From the human T2T-CHM13v2.0 reference genome, Homo sapiens: DNA of 64,000 nucleotides. Below the pieces are notes generated by a model that saw nothing but the letters and a program-made list of their open reading frames with translations, did not search any database and was not told the DNA's origin. The position numbers were made by a program, and so were the translations under genes. Shown one piece after another: positions 48,781 through 64,000 of the stretch. The stretch lies in the NCBI RefSeq assembly GCF_009914755.1, contig NC_060934.1; one strand, written 5' to 3'. Numbering within the stretch: position 1 is the stretch's first letter; each line of letters begins with the position of its first letter.

Positions 48781-48912
48781 GGTTGGGCATGGCGGAGCAT
48801 GCCTATAGTTCCAGCTACTTGGGAGGCCAAGGCAGGAGGATTGCTTAAGCCCAGGATTTCAGATCTAACCTGGGCAATATAGTGAGACCCTGTGTCTTAG
48901 AAAAGAAAAAAA
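48781..48912 (+). mobile_element. FLAM monomer
   Basis: Single arm plus A tail. Confidence 0.8.
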
Positions 48913-48914
48913 GA

Positions 48915-49005
48915 TGAAGGAAGGAAGGAAAGATGGAGGGGTGGAGGAGGGAGGGAAGGATGGAAGGAAGGAAGGAAGGAAGGAAGGAAGGAAGGAAGAA
49001 AGGAA
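48915..49005. repeat. (GGAA)n purine tract
   Basis: Nine consecutive GGAA at 48962-48997. Confidence 0.95.
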
Positions 49006-49800
49006 CTTACTTGAATTGGCATTTTCCTTTTCCTATCACAACTATGCCTTCAGCTTTCTTCTAATTACCATCTAAGTCCTTATAATAAGGACTTATAAAT
49101 CCTTACATCTAAGTGCCTTACAGTAGTGTATATAAATTCTTACTGTATTTGCTCACCTAACAGTCTTCTTGGTGCCTCTCAGCTCTGTGAATGAACCATG
49201 TCTACCCTGCTCACTCACCATTGTAACTCTACTTCCAACAGTGTTTGGCACATAGTCATAATATCTGCAAAATGAATGATGGATGTTGGAAGAAGTACAG
49301 CACAGAAGGTTGCAGGCTTAGAAGGTTGTCATTTATAGAATGATTTGTGGAGGCTGGAATATCACTAAGAAGTATTTCCCGATCTTTTTCATATTGTTGA
49401 AGTTGTACTCCTGGAAATATGTGTCATTTGAATTAAAGAACTTCCTCTGTAAGCATCTTCTTTTTAAATGCAAATGGAATCCACACAAAAACTCATACAT
49501 GAATGTTTACAGCATCACTATTAATAGTTGCCAAAAAGTAGAAACAACCCAAATGTCCATCAACTGATGAGCTAATACACACAATGAGATCTATCTAAAC
49601 AATGATACTAATACATGCTACAACATGGAGTAATCCTAAAAACATTACGCTATGGGAAAAAAGCCAGCCAGAGGACCACCTGTTACATGATTCCATGTAT
49701 ATGAAATGTCCCAAATAGGCAAACCCATAAAGATAGAGAAACTACACTAGTGGTTTCTTAGAGCTGGGGAGGTTAGGAGGAGATGGGGAATAACTGCTAA

Positions 49801-50800
<1,000 letters not shown>

Positions 50801-51294
50801 ATGGGGCACTTGGCATCAAGGAGATTTCTCTAGCAAGAAAAAGAGCACAAAGAACACGTATGGTAGACAACACAAAATTCAAAATTTTTCCTACTTTTTA
50901 GTTTTGCCTTTTGCTAAGTGTGCTTAACAATTACACTTGAGAAATACCTTTTCTACAACATAAGCACTGTAGAGTGTTGCTGTTTTCCCTTAGAATGTGT
51001 GCAAACTCCTCATCTTGCACTCAGTATGTTAGGTCTGAAGTGTGGATGTCTGTGTGTGTCCTGCCCTTCACGATGTGAACCTGAGCACTATGATGCCATT
51101 CTGTTCAGCATTGTGTCTGTGTTTATTATCCCAGAACCCATGGTAGGAGGACCACAGATATTTGCTGAGCTATCTATACTTTGATATAAAGGATATAAAG
51201 ACCTGGGGAGATTTTCTTTCAAGAAAGAGGGCAGACTCTATTATGAGCTTAACAGAGTTGCCTGCTTAGAATATGGTTTTTTAAAAAGTTAATA

Positions 51295-51915
51295 CTCAAA
51301 TTATTTTCAACAACAGTGCCAAGATCATTCCATTGGGAAAGGAAAATCTTTTCAACAATTGCTGTTGGGAAAACCAGATATCCACATGCAAAAAAATAAA
51401 TCTGAACGCTTACCTTATGCCGTATACAAAAATTAATTCAAAATGGATCAAACATCTAAATATAAGAGCTAAAACTATAAAATGCTTGGAAGAAAATGCA
51501 GGGCAAAAGTTTCATGACATTGAATTTGGCAATGATTTTATAGATATGACAACAAAACACAGGCGACAAAAGAAAAAATAGATAAATTGGACCTCATCAA
51601 AATTTAAAACTTTTATGCGTCAAAGGACACTAACAACAGTGTGAAAAGGCAACTCACACTGTGAGATTAAATATTTGCAAATCGTACACCTGATAAGGGA
51701 TTTACATTCAGAAGGTATTTTTAAACTCCTTTAATTCAACTGTAACAAGTTTTTAAAACCCAATTTAAAAATTAGGTCTAAGACTTGAATAGATATTTCT
51801 CCAAAGATGTACAAATGTCCATTAAGCACATGAAAAGATGGTTAATATCACTAGCCATTAGAGAAATGCAAATGCAAACTACAGTTAGATACATATCACA
51901 CCCCATCCTAATGAG
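51295..51915 (+). mobile_element. L1M ORF2 C-terminal fragment
   Basis: ORFs LFNNCCWENQISTCKK...PYTKINSKWIKHLN and NRYFSKDVQMSIKHMKR...IREMQ match L1 ORF2p; disrupted. Confidence 0.92.
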
Positions 51916-52080
51916 TATGAAGGAGTATCTCATTGTAGCCCTGAAAGGGTTCTGGGAAGTTGATGCTGTGCCCACATTATGTCTTCTGTGAGCTATGGCT
52001 TATATTGGGTTGGTCTGCCCATGCGCATCACACTTCATGAGAATATGACAGATCGCATTTTCTTAATCTGCAGACTTAAA

Positions 52081-52158
52081 TGTTTTTTTGTTTGCTTTGT
52101 TTTTGTTTTGTGTGGTTTTTTTCTTTTCTTTTCTTTTCTTTTCTTTTCTTTTCTTTTC

Positions 52159-52190
<32 letters not shown>

Positions 52191-52470
52191 GAGACGAGTC
52201 TCATACTGTCGCCCAGGCTGGAGTACAGTGGCGCAATCTCCACTCACTGCAAACTCTGCCTCCTGGGTTCAAGTGATTTTCCTGCCTCAGCCTCCTGAGT
52301 AGCTGGGATTACAGGTGCCTGCCACCATGCCCGGCTAATTTTTTGTATTTTTAGTAGAGACAAGGTTTCACTATGTTGGCCAGGCAGGTCTTGAACTCCT
52401 GACTGCGTGATCTACCCGCCTTGGCCTCCCAAAATGCTGGGATTCCAGGCATGAGCCACCGCGCCCGGCC
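52081..52470 (-). mobile_element. Alu with (AAAAG)12 expanded tail
   Basis: Full dimer; 12 TTTTC units at ~52119-52178. Confidence 0.95.
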
Positions 52471-53479
52471 CGTAAACATTTTTATGTTTGCCTTTCTCCT
52501 AGTCATTTTGCCAGTTTCAGCAGTACATGGGACATTGTAATCTCTCAAAGTGTTTTCTAAATTTAACTTGAATCTGTAATCTAGAAAGCAACCAACAAAT
52601 GGCCAATGCAGCATGAGTCTCAATGTCCCACCAGCCTCACTCAATTCCCCTTGAATCTTTTTGTCACCAGAAGTTCTGAGTAGTTTATGTCCCAATGTGG
52701 ATGATTTTCTAGGTTCTGCCAATGCAGAGGATTATTCTAGGTTATACAGGTTATTCTAAAGAGGCCCGAGACAGCTATCCTTTTCTGAGTCCTAAGGTTG
52801 AACCCATACATATATCTATGCAGGTGCATCCTCTGGTGTCTGAAGTGCAGCTTCTTAACATCCCATTATGGGGGATCAGAATCTTAAGCAATCTTCTTAG
52901 CCCTAGACCCCCAGTCCTGAAGGTTGATATGCAAGTGGCCTGAAAAAAAATGACATTGGCTGCCCCTTGCTTCTGAAGGACTTACAGATACTCTCTAAGT
53001 CCTATAGCATGTGCACAAGTCAGAAAGCACCTCATGAAATTATTCATGCATTCAAGCTGGACTGAATTTAATCCTTCAAAGAGAGACAGCTGTCAACTTC
53101 TTAAGAAGCTGAGCATGTTTTACAGTTTTGACCTTGATACTCAAGAAATGTCTGTGTCTGACCTAAAACTTGTTTGAAATAGGTTTTCTTTTCACATAAT
53201 GTAAACGTATTTGCTTTTTCCTCATTCTAGAAGCAAAACATGTTCCTTTTCAAATATTGTCAATTTGAGGCATTTTAAGATTATTTCCTTTATTTGTTTT
53301 TTTTGTGGGCTAGGAAATCTAGACAGAATTGATTATTATTATATGGATAACTTTTAAGAAAGAATAATTTCATCTTAACAGAATCATGTTGAAACTATCT
53401 TATAGAAGGATATATAGAAAAATATAAACCAAGATTCATTTCAGAAATAAATTCCATTTACATGGAGAAGGAAAATTTC

Positions 53480-53670
53480 GAGTCAAAGTGACTTACATTG
53501 AAATCCTGGTTTATGCATGAACTAGCAAGTTTTTGAAGCTTGATTTCCTGATCTGTAAAACTGAAGATTCCATATTTTTCTCAGTGTTACTATGTGGATT
53601 GAATAAAATATTACATGTGAAAGAACCTGATAGGTTTCTGGTATACATAGTAGCTCCCCCAAAAATGATC
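53480..53670 (+). mobile_element. MIR
   Basis: tttcctgatctgtaaaactgaag...ggattgaataaaatattacatgtgaaag. Confidence 0.65.
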
Positions 53671-54079
53671 TCCCCCGTTCTCACACTATTTTCCTTATCT
53701 CTAATTAACCTCGTTTTGTTTTTTAAATATCCCTTTTTGGATGTCTCTTTAGTAGCACAGAAAATATGTTTCTATTGGGTTGTAATCATTACAATTCAGT
53801 CATTGAGTATATACATATATTTCCCTTTTGGGCATTGTCACCCAATTTTTGGCTATTCAAATAGATCTTCATTAATAGTTCATTAGTTATTACTTAATTT
53901 CAATATAAAGAAAATTATACTTCTGAGTGGAAGGAAATCCCATGTCACCTCTTGTAAAGAATTTACTTTCTTAGTATCAAAGTAACATGTTTGAAGCTCA
54001 GAATCAATATTACATGGACCTATTGAATTACTAGGTTCAGAAGCCAGTAAGTTCAAGGGTGAGGTGATAATCAGGAATT

Positions 54080-54300
54080 TTGGTGTTTGTCAAATATCCA
54101 CTGTGAGCCAGGAACTAGAGCAGGTGTTGTACGTGTGTTTCCACACTTAATTTCACAACTCTCTATTAGGTATCATTATCACTGTTTTACAAGAGAGGAA
54201 ATAAGGGCTGCAGAGGTTGGTTAACTCAATGAGGATAGCACATTAAGAAAGTTCTGGGCCAATGTTGCACCCAGGTCTCTCTGAGACTTTTATTATTATC
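54080..54300 (-). mobile_element. MIR
   Basis: cacaactctctattaggtatcattatcactgttttacaagagaggaaa. Confidence 0.7.
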
Positions 54301-54725
54301 CACCATTTAATTGCATTTAGGGACCATGATTATGAGGAGACATCTTTTACAATGAAGAACTTTAGTGTCCCCCCAAAGCCAATGTTAGTCTGTCTCCCAA
54401 AACAGATTCTCCCCTTTTCTTTGACTCTGTCTTCTCTCCTACTCTTCCTTGCTTGTCAGAATAACAGGTTCATTGTTGAGAGTGGGTTAGTAAATACAGC
54501 GAATTCCAAGGATTTAGAGTGTTGCGAAGTCAGGAAAGAAGACCTGCTGCAGGCTGTGTGGTTCTGTGGGGAAGGAAAAGGATGTCTAACCATCCAACTG
54601 GGACCTGATCTCTTGGCCATTTGGGACTGGGTAGGAGAATGGCTAGACTGACAGCCCTGTGATTTGGCCCTTTTCCTTTGGAGGGGTGTGAATCTGATGC
54701 TGTAACAATTTCTGCCTTCTGTTGG

Positions 54726-55086
54726 TGGTATGGCTTGGCCGTGTCCCCACCCAAATCTCATTTTGAATTGTAGCTCCCACAGTTCCCATGTGTTGTGGGA
54801 AGAACCCGGTGTGAGATAATTGAATCATGGGGGCAGCTTCTCCCATACAGTTCTCCTAGTAGTGAATAGGTCTCACGAGATCTGATGGTCTGATAAAGGG
54901 TTAACCCTTTCACTTGCCTCTCCTTCTCTCTTGCCTGCTGCCACGTAAGCCATGCCTTTCACCTTCCACCATGATTGTGAGGCCTCCCCAACCACTTGGA
55001 AGTATGAGTCCATTAAACCTTTTTTTCTTTAGAAATTACCCAGTCTTGGTATGTCTTTATCAGCAGCGTGAAAACAAACTAATACA
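54726..55086 (+). mobile_element. THE1 (MaLR) solo LTR, THE1C/D-like
   Basis: tggtatggcttggccgtgtccccacccaaatctcat...ctaataca; 5-bp flanks gttgg/gccgg. Confidence 0.92.
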
Positions 55087-56199
55087 GCCGGTTAATATCC
55101 CTGCAGTTCCCTCCACCCGCATCTCTTCCCTCCACCCACATCTCTTCCCTCCCTCCTCTGTAGCATCCATCACAGGACTAAAGCCAGACAAGGCTCCGTT
55201 GGCACAAGCAGAGCAATTCATTGTGAAGTTTACTCCTGAGAGTTTTCTTCTGCTTTAAACTGACACAGAAAGAACCGTCTAGACAGCTACCTCATGTAAT
55301 TGACTGCCCCACGTTTAATAGAATGATCTTTTCTTCTGAGATGTCAACCTCATAAGGAATCATAAAGTTCACTTGGAAATTATTTTCAAGTGAGCAGAAA
55401 TGCCTCAGCATTTGATCCAGTTTTCTAGTGGATGGGAATATTCTTTGAATGTGTGTGAGCACGTGCACGCTTGTAAATGTGTCTGACACATGTTATGCGC
55501 CGATAGTTCTCCGTCATGTAATCCTGAGAAATGCGAATTTTTTCTCTCTGATTGCTTTGCTTTCCTTCCCTATAGATACTGTGTTGTACTCAATAGGCTG
55601 CCAAGTCCATATGGATTAGATCTGCTTGTTATCCTTTTACTTCTCCTGTCAAAATAACCATCACAGTGCAAAAGGAAAACCAAGAAATGCATTCTCCCCG
55701 GGCTGAAGTTGGACTCAGTGCCCAGCTTGCAAATGAACTCTTCTTATTTTCTTTCTTTCTAGAGGCATTCCACAGTGGTATATGATAGGATTCCCTTTTC
55801 CATGTCTTCTATGTACAGGCAAAGTCGTGATTAAATCCTTCATTGGGATGGAAATCAGGAGGTCAGTTGGAAGATTGTCAAGCCAAGATGATTCTTTCTC
55901 TTCCGGTCCTAAAAAAAAAAAGACCTCATGAATTGTTTTTATTTAAATTGGATGTTTTGTTAATCTCTATCTGGAGTTGAATTCTCCTTTTGCCTTTCTT
56001 TTCATTGGAGACTTGATGTTCATTTCATTATTTCTACTTGTAGATACGTATAGTATCTCCTCTATTTGAGCCCAACATTCCTTGGAAAATTTTATGAAGT
56101 TGAATCAGGGAAACGAAGTGTATTTCCTTTTATACTCTGCGTCATAGCCAAAGACTCCTTTAATACTTACTTTAATGAACTGAGGTTGTAATTTAGATT

Positions 56200-56390
56200 T
56201 CTTCAGTGTAGCTTTTAGAGCAAAGAGCATGAAACTGGTTTTCAGGAGATCTAGAATTTCCCACTGGCTTTCCAACTGCTAACTAATAGCCTTAGACAAG
56301 CCATTGAACTTTTATTAGTTCCAATCTCTTAAATGTAGGAGTTGAAGTGGGTGGTTTCAAAGATTCCTTTCAGCTTCCAAATTCTGGAAC
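56200..56390 (+). mobile_element. MIR
   Basis: Diverged core, 3' end ttccttt cagcttccaaattct. Confidence 0.55.
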
Positions 56391-56859
56391 TCTGGAAAAA
56401 AAAAAAAGATAGCCACATAGACTTGGAATATCGTCATGTGTTCCTAAAGTATCATCTTTTATAATAATTGATGTTGTTTGAAAAGAGTGTTGATATACAG
56501 ATCTTGGACAAATAATTAAAATTTAAGGAAGTCTACCAGACTGTCCTTGCTAGCATGAAATTATGCCTGAAGGCATAGCACTGTGGCCTTTGCAGCCAGA
56601 GGGCTTGTTTTAGAAGTACAGTACACTGTACACGTCCTAGTCACTGGGGAGCTCTGTGTACAAATACACACAAGGCCATGGTCACAGAGAGCAACAGTCA
56701 CAAACATAAATTCAGATGTGTGAACAAGACAATTGAGAAACAAATCATTGTCATTTAAGCTTAAACTTTTAAATCAGAGAGACCTACCTCACATACTTGT
56801 CCAATTTAGTAGAAGACTGTGACAACAGAGAAAATGGCAGCTGACAGCAGAAACAGGAC

Positions 56860-58500
<1,641 letters not shown>

Positions 58501-60319
58501 GAGTGACTATATTTTTAGTTATGGGCCATGCAGGGGGAAGATTTGCAAAATTGGTTGCTCAGTTCACTGTTTTGAAACTGCTTAATGAAGAGGCCTCTTT
58601 GTTTCCATTTTCTCTATTAACACCAGAATTAGTGTTCACGATGACATTGTATCATCCAAAAAGAATTAATTTTGCCCTTATAATAAGCTTAACAAGATTG
58701 AATATAAACAAAATTTAAAATAAATAAGATAATGTTAAAAATAGCATCTAGAAGGATATTTTTAAATGTCTTATCTGGAAATCTCACTTCTGGGACAGCG
58801 TTCAATAAATCTACTGTACCTACTCACACACACATTTGTAGACAATCAGACAGAAAACTGTTCGTATTTCTTGCGCTTTGTCTTTTAGAATGTGGCACAT
58901 CGAATAGAGTTACCAGTTGCCCTGATCTGACTGATTTCGTATAAATGTCTTTGCTTTGGCAACAGTTGAGACCTATTCCTTCTCTGAGGTAAATCTTCTT
59001 GCAGAGCAGGAAGTTGAGGTTTTGGGGTAGAGTCCAAGAGTCAGTTCTGACCTTATTATTGGGGAATGTGGAAACCTAAAGCCTTCCATGAGTTAATAAT
59101 GTGCACAGTGAAGGATTTTTTTCCCTCCTGAACTGATTGGGTATTTTCTAAAAGAGGATGAGCTTTTAATAACAGGAATGTAACTTTTAATTTTAAACAG
59201 ATCTGTGCTTAAACATGGTCAGGGAATAGCCCCTGCTCAAAAATCTCCTTATTTGTACATGTTATTGTTCAAGGGAGAGACCTTCCTATTTATATGGCGA
59301 GAAAATAAATGAGATTTCTTTCTATCTGTCTTCCATATGTTTAATGGTAGGAATGTGTCTTGGATCTTGAGTTAAAACAGACTGTGGATTCAGTTAGTTG
59401 ATACAATTAAGAACTGTTCTTATCTCAGAATCAACTCTGCAGACTATCTCAGAGAATCCAATATCAACCATCCAGGTGGCTAATCCATCATCAACTGAAT
59501 GGGCAATTTGGTTGCTTCTGTTCAATTGAACAAAGAGGCATAGGCACTCGTTAGTTCCACACCCCAGTCAGAGAAGCAACATGGGTGTGTGACAAAAGGG
59601 GTATATAGTCTGTTCTTTGGCTTCAGATATGAAAAAGCTTTTTTCAATCCAACTAATTCAAGACACCAAGCATAGTGATTTCTTCACTGACAGTTAGCAT
59701 TGAAAATGAACTTCATTTTCCTCCTAACACACACAAAAAAGGGGGTGGTAGAAGCCACGGCAGATCATGGCAGATGGCACTTAGGGACAGCTGTAGTGCT
59801 TGGCTTGAGTTCCCCTCCGCATGGAGCACAGAGCTGCCCACTTCGTAGGAATACGGCAATATTTATCTACGCATAGGAGTCATTCCAAATAAAAAGGGTA
59901 ACAGAAAGAAATTGCAGCCTACTGCTGTGAGCCTATCCAAAGGGTATCCATACATAGCCCAACATTTGAGGTAAGGGCATGGTTTAAGATCTCAAGGAAT
60001 CAAAACATTATGGAAACACTAACGGGACCATTAGAATAAATGAATGAACCTAAGATCTTCAGTCCGACTTGATTGAGTGCAGATCCAGTCCCCTTTGGAG
60101 AGAGTTGTTAAGATAAGACTTAACTGTGACTAAATATACAGGCAAGGAATTGCCTCTGCAACACAAATAAGAAGCTTAGAATAATTTGCCATTTGAACTT
60201 TCCTTATATAGTTAGATACTTTGTAGAGAAACCTAGGCTAGGAGTTGGTGATTTTTTTTGGGTGGGGGGGTCGCTTTTTTCCCCCTTTCTCATTTTATTC
60301 ATTTGACTATCGGCAACTT

Positions 60320-61413
<1,094 letters not shown>

Positions 61414-62294
61414 TAATCAAGATAATATGCAAACACTACTTTTGTCCATCTGATGATGTCTCAACAAAGCCATTTTAGAATCTGAAGATACTTCCTCATT
61501 AAATTGTTACTATTGTTAATAACCGAGTGTTGGCTTAGCGAGTGTTAAGGTATATAAGAGTAGTCCAAATAAATGGCATAGAAATAAATGACAGTGATTA
61601 ATCACTCACTAGTCTGATACCTCATAGCTTCCTTACTTCAAGTTTAGGCAGGTGCAGGAGTCATGAAAAAAAGCCAAAAGATAAAGGTCGCAACCACTTG
61701 GTGAGGAATGTTTGCTTTCTTGAAATGATAGCCCTCTACCCAGCACCATGAAAAGTGTGTTTTTCGTGGTCATTTTCAGGCCTCTAAGCTTGAGGTGTGG
61801 GTTTATATTCTGAAGGATGCAGTGCGTGATCTTTCTCACCAAACTCTCTCAAATACTGCACTGGATAAACACTCAGAGGACTGGAAAGTGGGACTGGAAG
61901 GAGCCATTGAGATTTTTTTTACATCCTCTTGTCCTGGAGTACTTTCCTTCCTCTACACTTTCCTTACATTTCTCAGAGAAAAAAAGAAAAACTTTGTCAT
62001 TTTTGTATTACAAACGTGCCAGCTTTGACTACCCTTGACACTAGGTAAGTGGGAGATTAATTGTTGGGATTATACCCATGGAAAAAGCCATAAGGCTTAC
62101 ATCACAAGTTTTATTTTTTTTAATATTTTGTTTTCATAGCTGGGGATTACTCTGTTGGCATTCAGGGAGAGAGAATGAAAAAATATACTAGGATAAAAAA
62201 GGGAGTACTAATTAAAACCACAAAAGCAATGCAAACATACATTAAAAGATACAACAAATTCCATGCCAGTTTCGTGAAGAAATGCTTTGAGGTT

Positions 62295-62450
62295 TTTTTC
62301 CCCCCAGCTTTATTGAGTATAATTGACAAATAAAAAATGCATATATTTAAGGTGTATGACCTGACAATTTCATATACAAATACATTGTGAAATGGTTACC
62401 ACAATCAAATTCATGAATATATCCATCACCACACATGGTTACCATCCTTT
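62295..62450 (-). mobile_element. L1MA-like 3' end fragment
   Basis: cagctttattgagtataattgacaaataaaaaatg...catatatttaaggtgta...tatatccatcacc. Confidence 0.8.
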
Positions 62451-62470
62451 GAGTTTTAAGGTGAATTAAT

Positions 62471-62525
62471 GGAATGCGTGTCATTCATATGCATATTCAT
62501 ATGCATGTCATTTGCATACCATTCC
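62471..62525. promoter_or_regulatory. Candidate POU-factor site cluster (MORE-type ATGCATATTCAT plus octamer ATTTGCAT)
   Basis: 62489-62500 and 62510-62517; motif only. Confidence 0.4.
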
Positions 62526-62601
62526 TTGACTCAAGAAAGTTGCTATATGAGTGAAAGATAATTATTGATCATATGAACTTAAGATACAATTATTCTCATC
62601 T

Positions 62602-62893
62602 GGCCAGGTGCAGTGGCTCACGCCTGTAATCCCAGCACTTTGGGAGGCAGAGGCAGGTAGATCACTTGAGGTCAGAAGTTTGAGACCAGCCTGGCCAACT
62701 TGGTGCAACCCCATTACTGAAAATACAAAATTAGCTGGGCATGGTGGCACATGCTTACTTGGGAGGCTGAGGCAGAATCGCTTGAACCTGGGAGGCAGAA
62801 GTTGCAGTGAGCCAAGATCACACCACTGCACTCTAGCCTGGGTGACAGAGTGAGACCCTGTCACAAAAATAAAATAAAATAAAATAAAATGAA
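62602..62893 (+). mobile_element. Alu (AluS-type)
   Basis: Dimer; TSD acaattat. Confidence 0.95.
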
Positions 62894-63401
62894 ACAATTA
62901 TCCTACAAGAATTACCAGTAAGTATACTTCTAAAATAGATCTTACTCTAGTTCATTCCAATACTCACATAATACAACTATATATTAAATGGTGAAAATAT
63001 CATTGCAGATAAATTCTAAATGAAAATAAATCCTAATATGTAATCCATTAGGAAATAAAATTCTAAATTTAATTCTACAAATTACTTTGTGATTTTGATA
63101 AAATTTACCTAAAGATACAGGGAAGATTTTAAATTTGTTTAAAAATGGGAAGTTAGTAAAATCTTGAGGATAAAGAAGAAATGTATACATATCAGGCAAG
63201 CCCACCACTGCATGTTCCATAGAATCTTACAGATAATGGATCTCAAGAATAAGCAGGCTAAATTTTCACACCCATCCCCCAAGTAGCTGAATCATTGGGG
63301 ATTTTCTTTTGGAGAAATTTAGGGCCCTAGCAAAGAGTAGATAGCGTTCTGAGCAAGTTACTACTCCCAAGGGTTGGCCCAAGCATTCAAAAACAGCTGG
63401 G

Positions 63402-63690
63402 GGCTGGGCACAGTGGCTCCTGACTATAATCCCAGAGTTTTGGGAAGCCAAGGTAGGAAGATCATTTGAGACCAGGAGTTCAAGATTAGCCTGGGCAATA
63501 TAGTGAGAATCCCATTTTTCTACAAAGAAATTTAAAAATTTGCCTATAGTTTCAGCTAGTTGGGAGGCTGAAGTGGGATCACTTGAGCCCAGGAGGTAAG
63601 GCTGCAATGAGCCATGATCATGTCATGCCTCTGCACCCCAGCCAGGGCAACAGAATAAGACCCTGTCTCAAAAAAAAAAAAAAAAAAAAA
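63402..63690 (+). mobile_element. AluJ
   Basis: Diverged dimer plus A tail. Confidence 0.9.
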
Positions 63691-64000
63691 GAGAGATTGA
63701 GATCTGAGATCTCATATTTTTGTAGCAGGTTACACTGAGTGTTAATGGATGCATGATGTTAACTTACTGATTTTGTTTGTGAAGAACATATAACCTGGTT
63801 ATTTGAAAGAAAAAACCATGACTACCAGAATGAACCAATGTGTAATATAGAAACAATCCCTCTGGCTTTGATCCCCTAACATCTGTGTGTCCTCTGGCAA
63901 GATTTTTGAGTACAGGTTGGAGAATGAGCAAAGCAAAGGTATTTGTTGGACACCAACTAGGCATCAGACACTGAAGTTATTTTAGTTACTCCTGACCACA

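Noticed and set aside
51333-51991. ORFs with real protein similarity
   Set aside because: Disrupted L1 ORF2p fragments, not a host gene

Overview
Primate (human-like) non-coding genomic DNA, most likely a long intron or an intergenic/lncRNA region. I could not identify the locus; BLAT against GRCh38/T2T would settle it. I find no supportable protein-coding exon, tRNA/rRNA/snRNA gene, CpG island or CRISPR array. Nearly all listed ORFs come from Alu, L1 or L2 sequence, or from chance. The window holds about 47 Alu copies or monomers (roughly a fifth of the sequence), L1/L2/L3(CR1) fossils, MIRs, five solo LTRs, several hAT DNA-transposon relics and microsatellites, separated by repeat-poor islands rich in transcription-factor motifs. 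The best-supported unusual structure is a ~365-bp segment (8827-9191) present again, inverted, 2.6 kb downstream. The second copy sits inside a MER20B element, replaces ~30 bp of it with no target-site duplication, and was later hit by an Alu. This reads as a fossil locally templated insertion. Other leads: a 19/20 zero-spacer p53 element, a perfect NRF2/BACH1 ARE with neighbouring AP-1 sites, a nested inverted-repeat element with CTCF-like/E-box/T-box-like motifs (34.1-34.3 kb), a POU dimer site created by a 12-bp tandem duplication, and several candidate non-coding exons on both strands. Repeat subfamily names are from recalled consensus sequences, and boundaries of old repeats are approximate.
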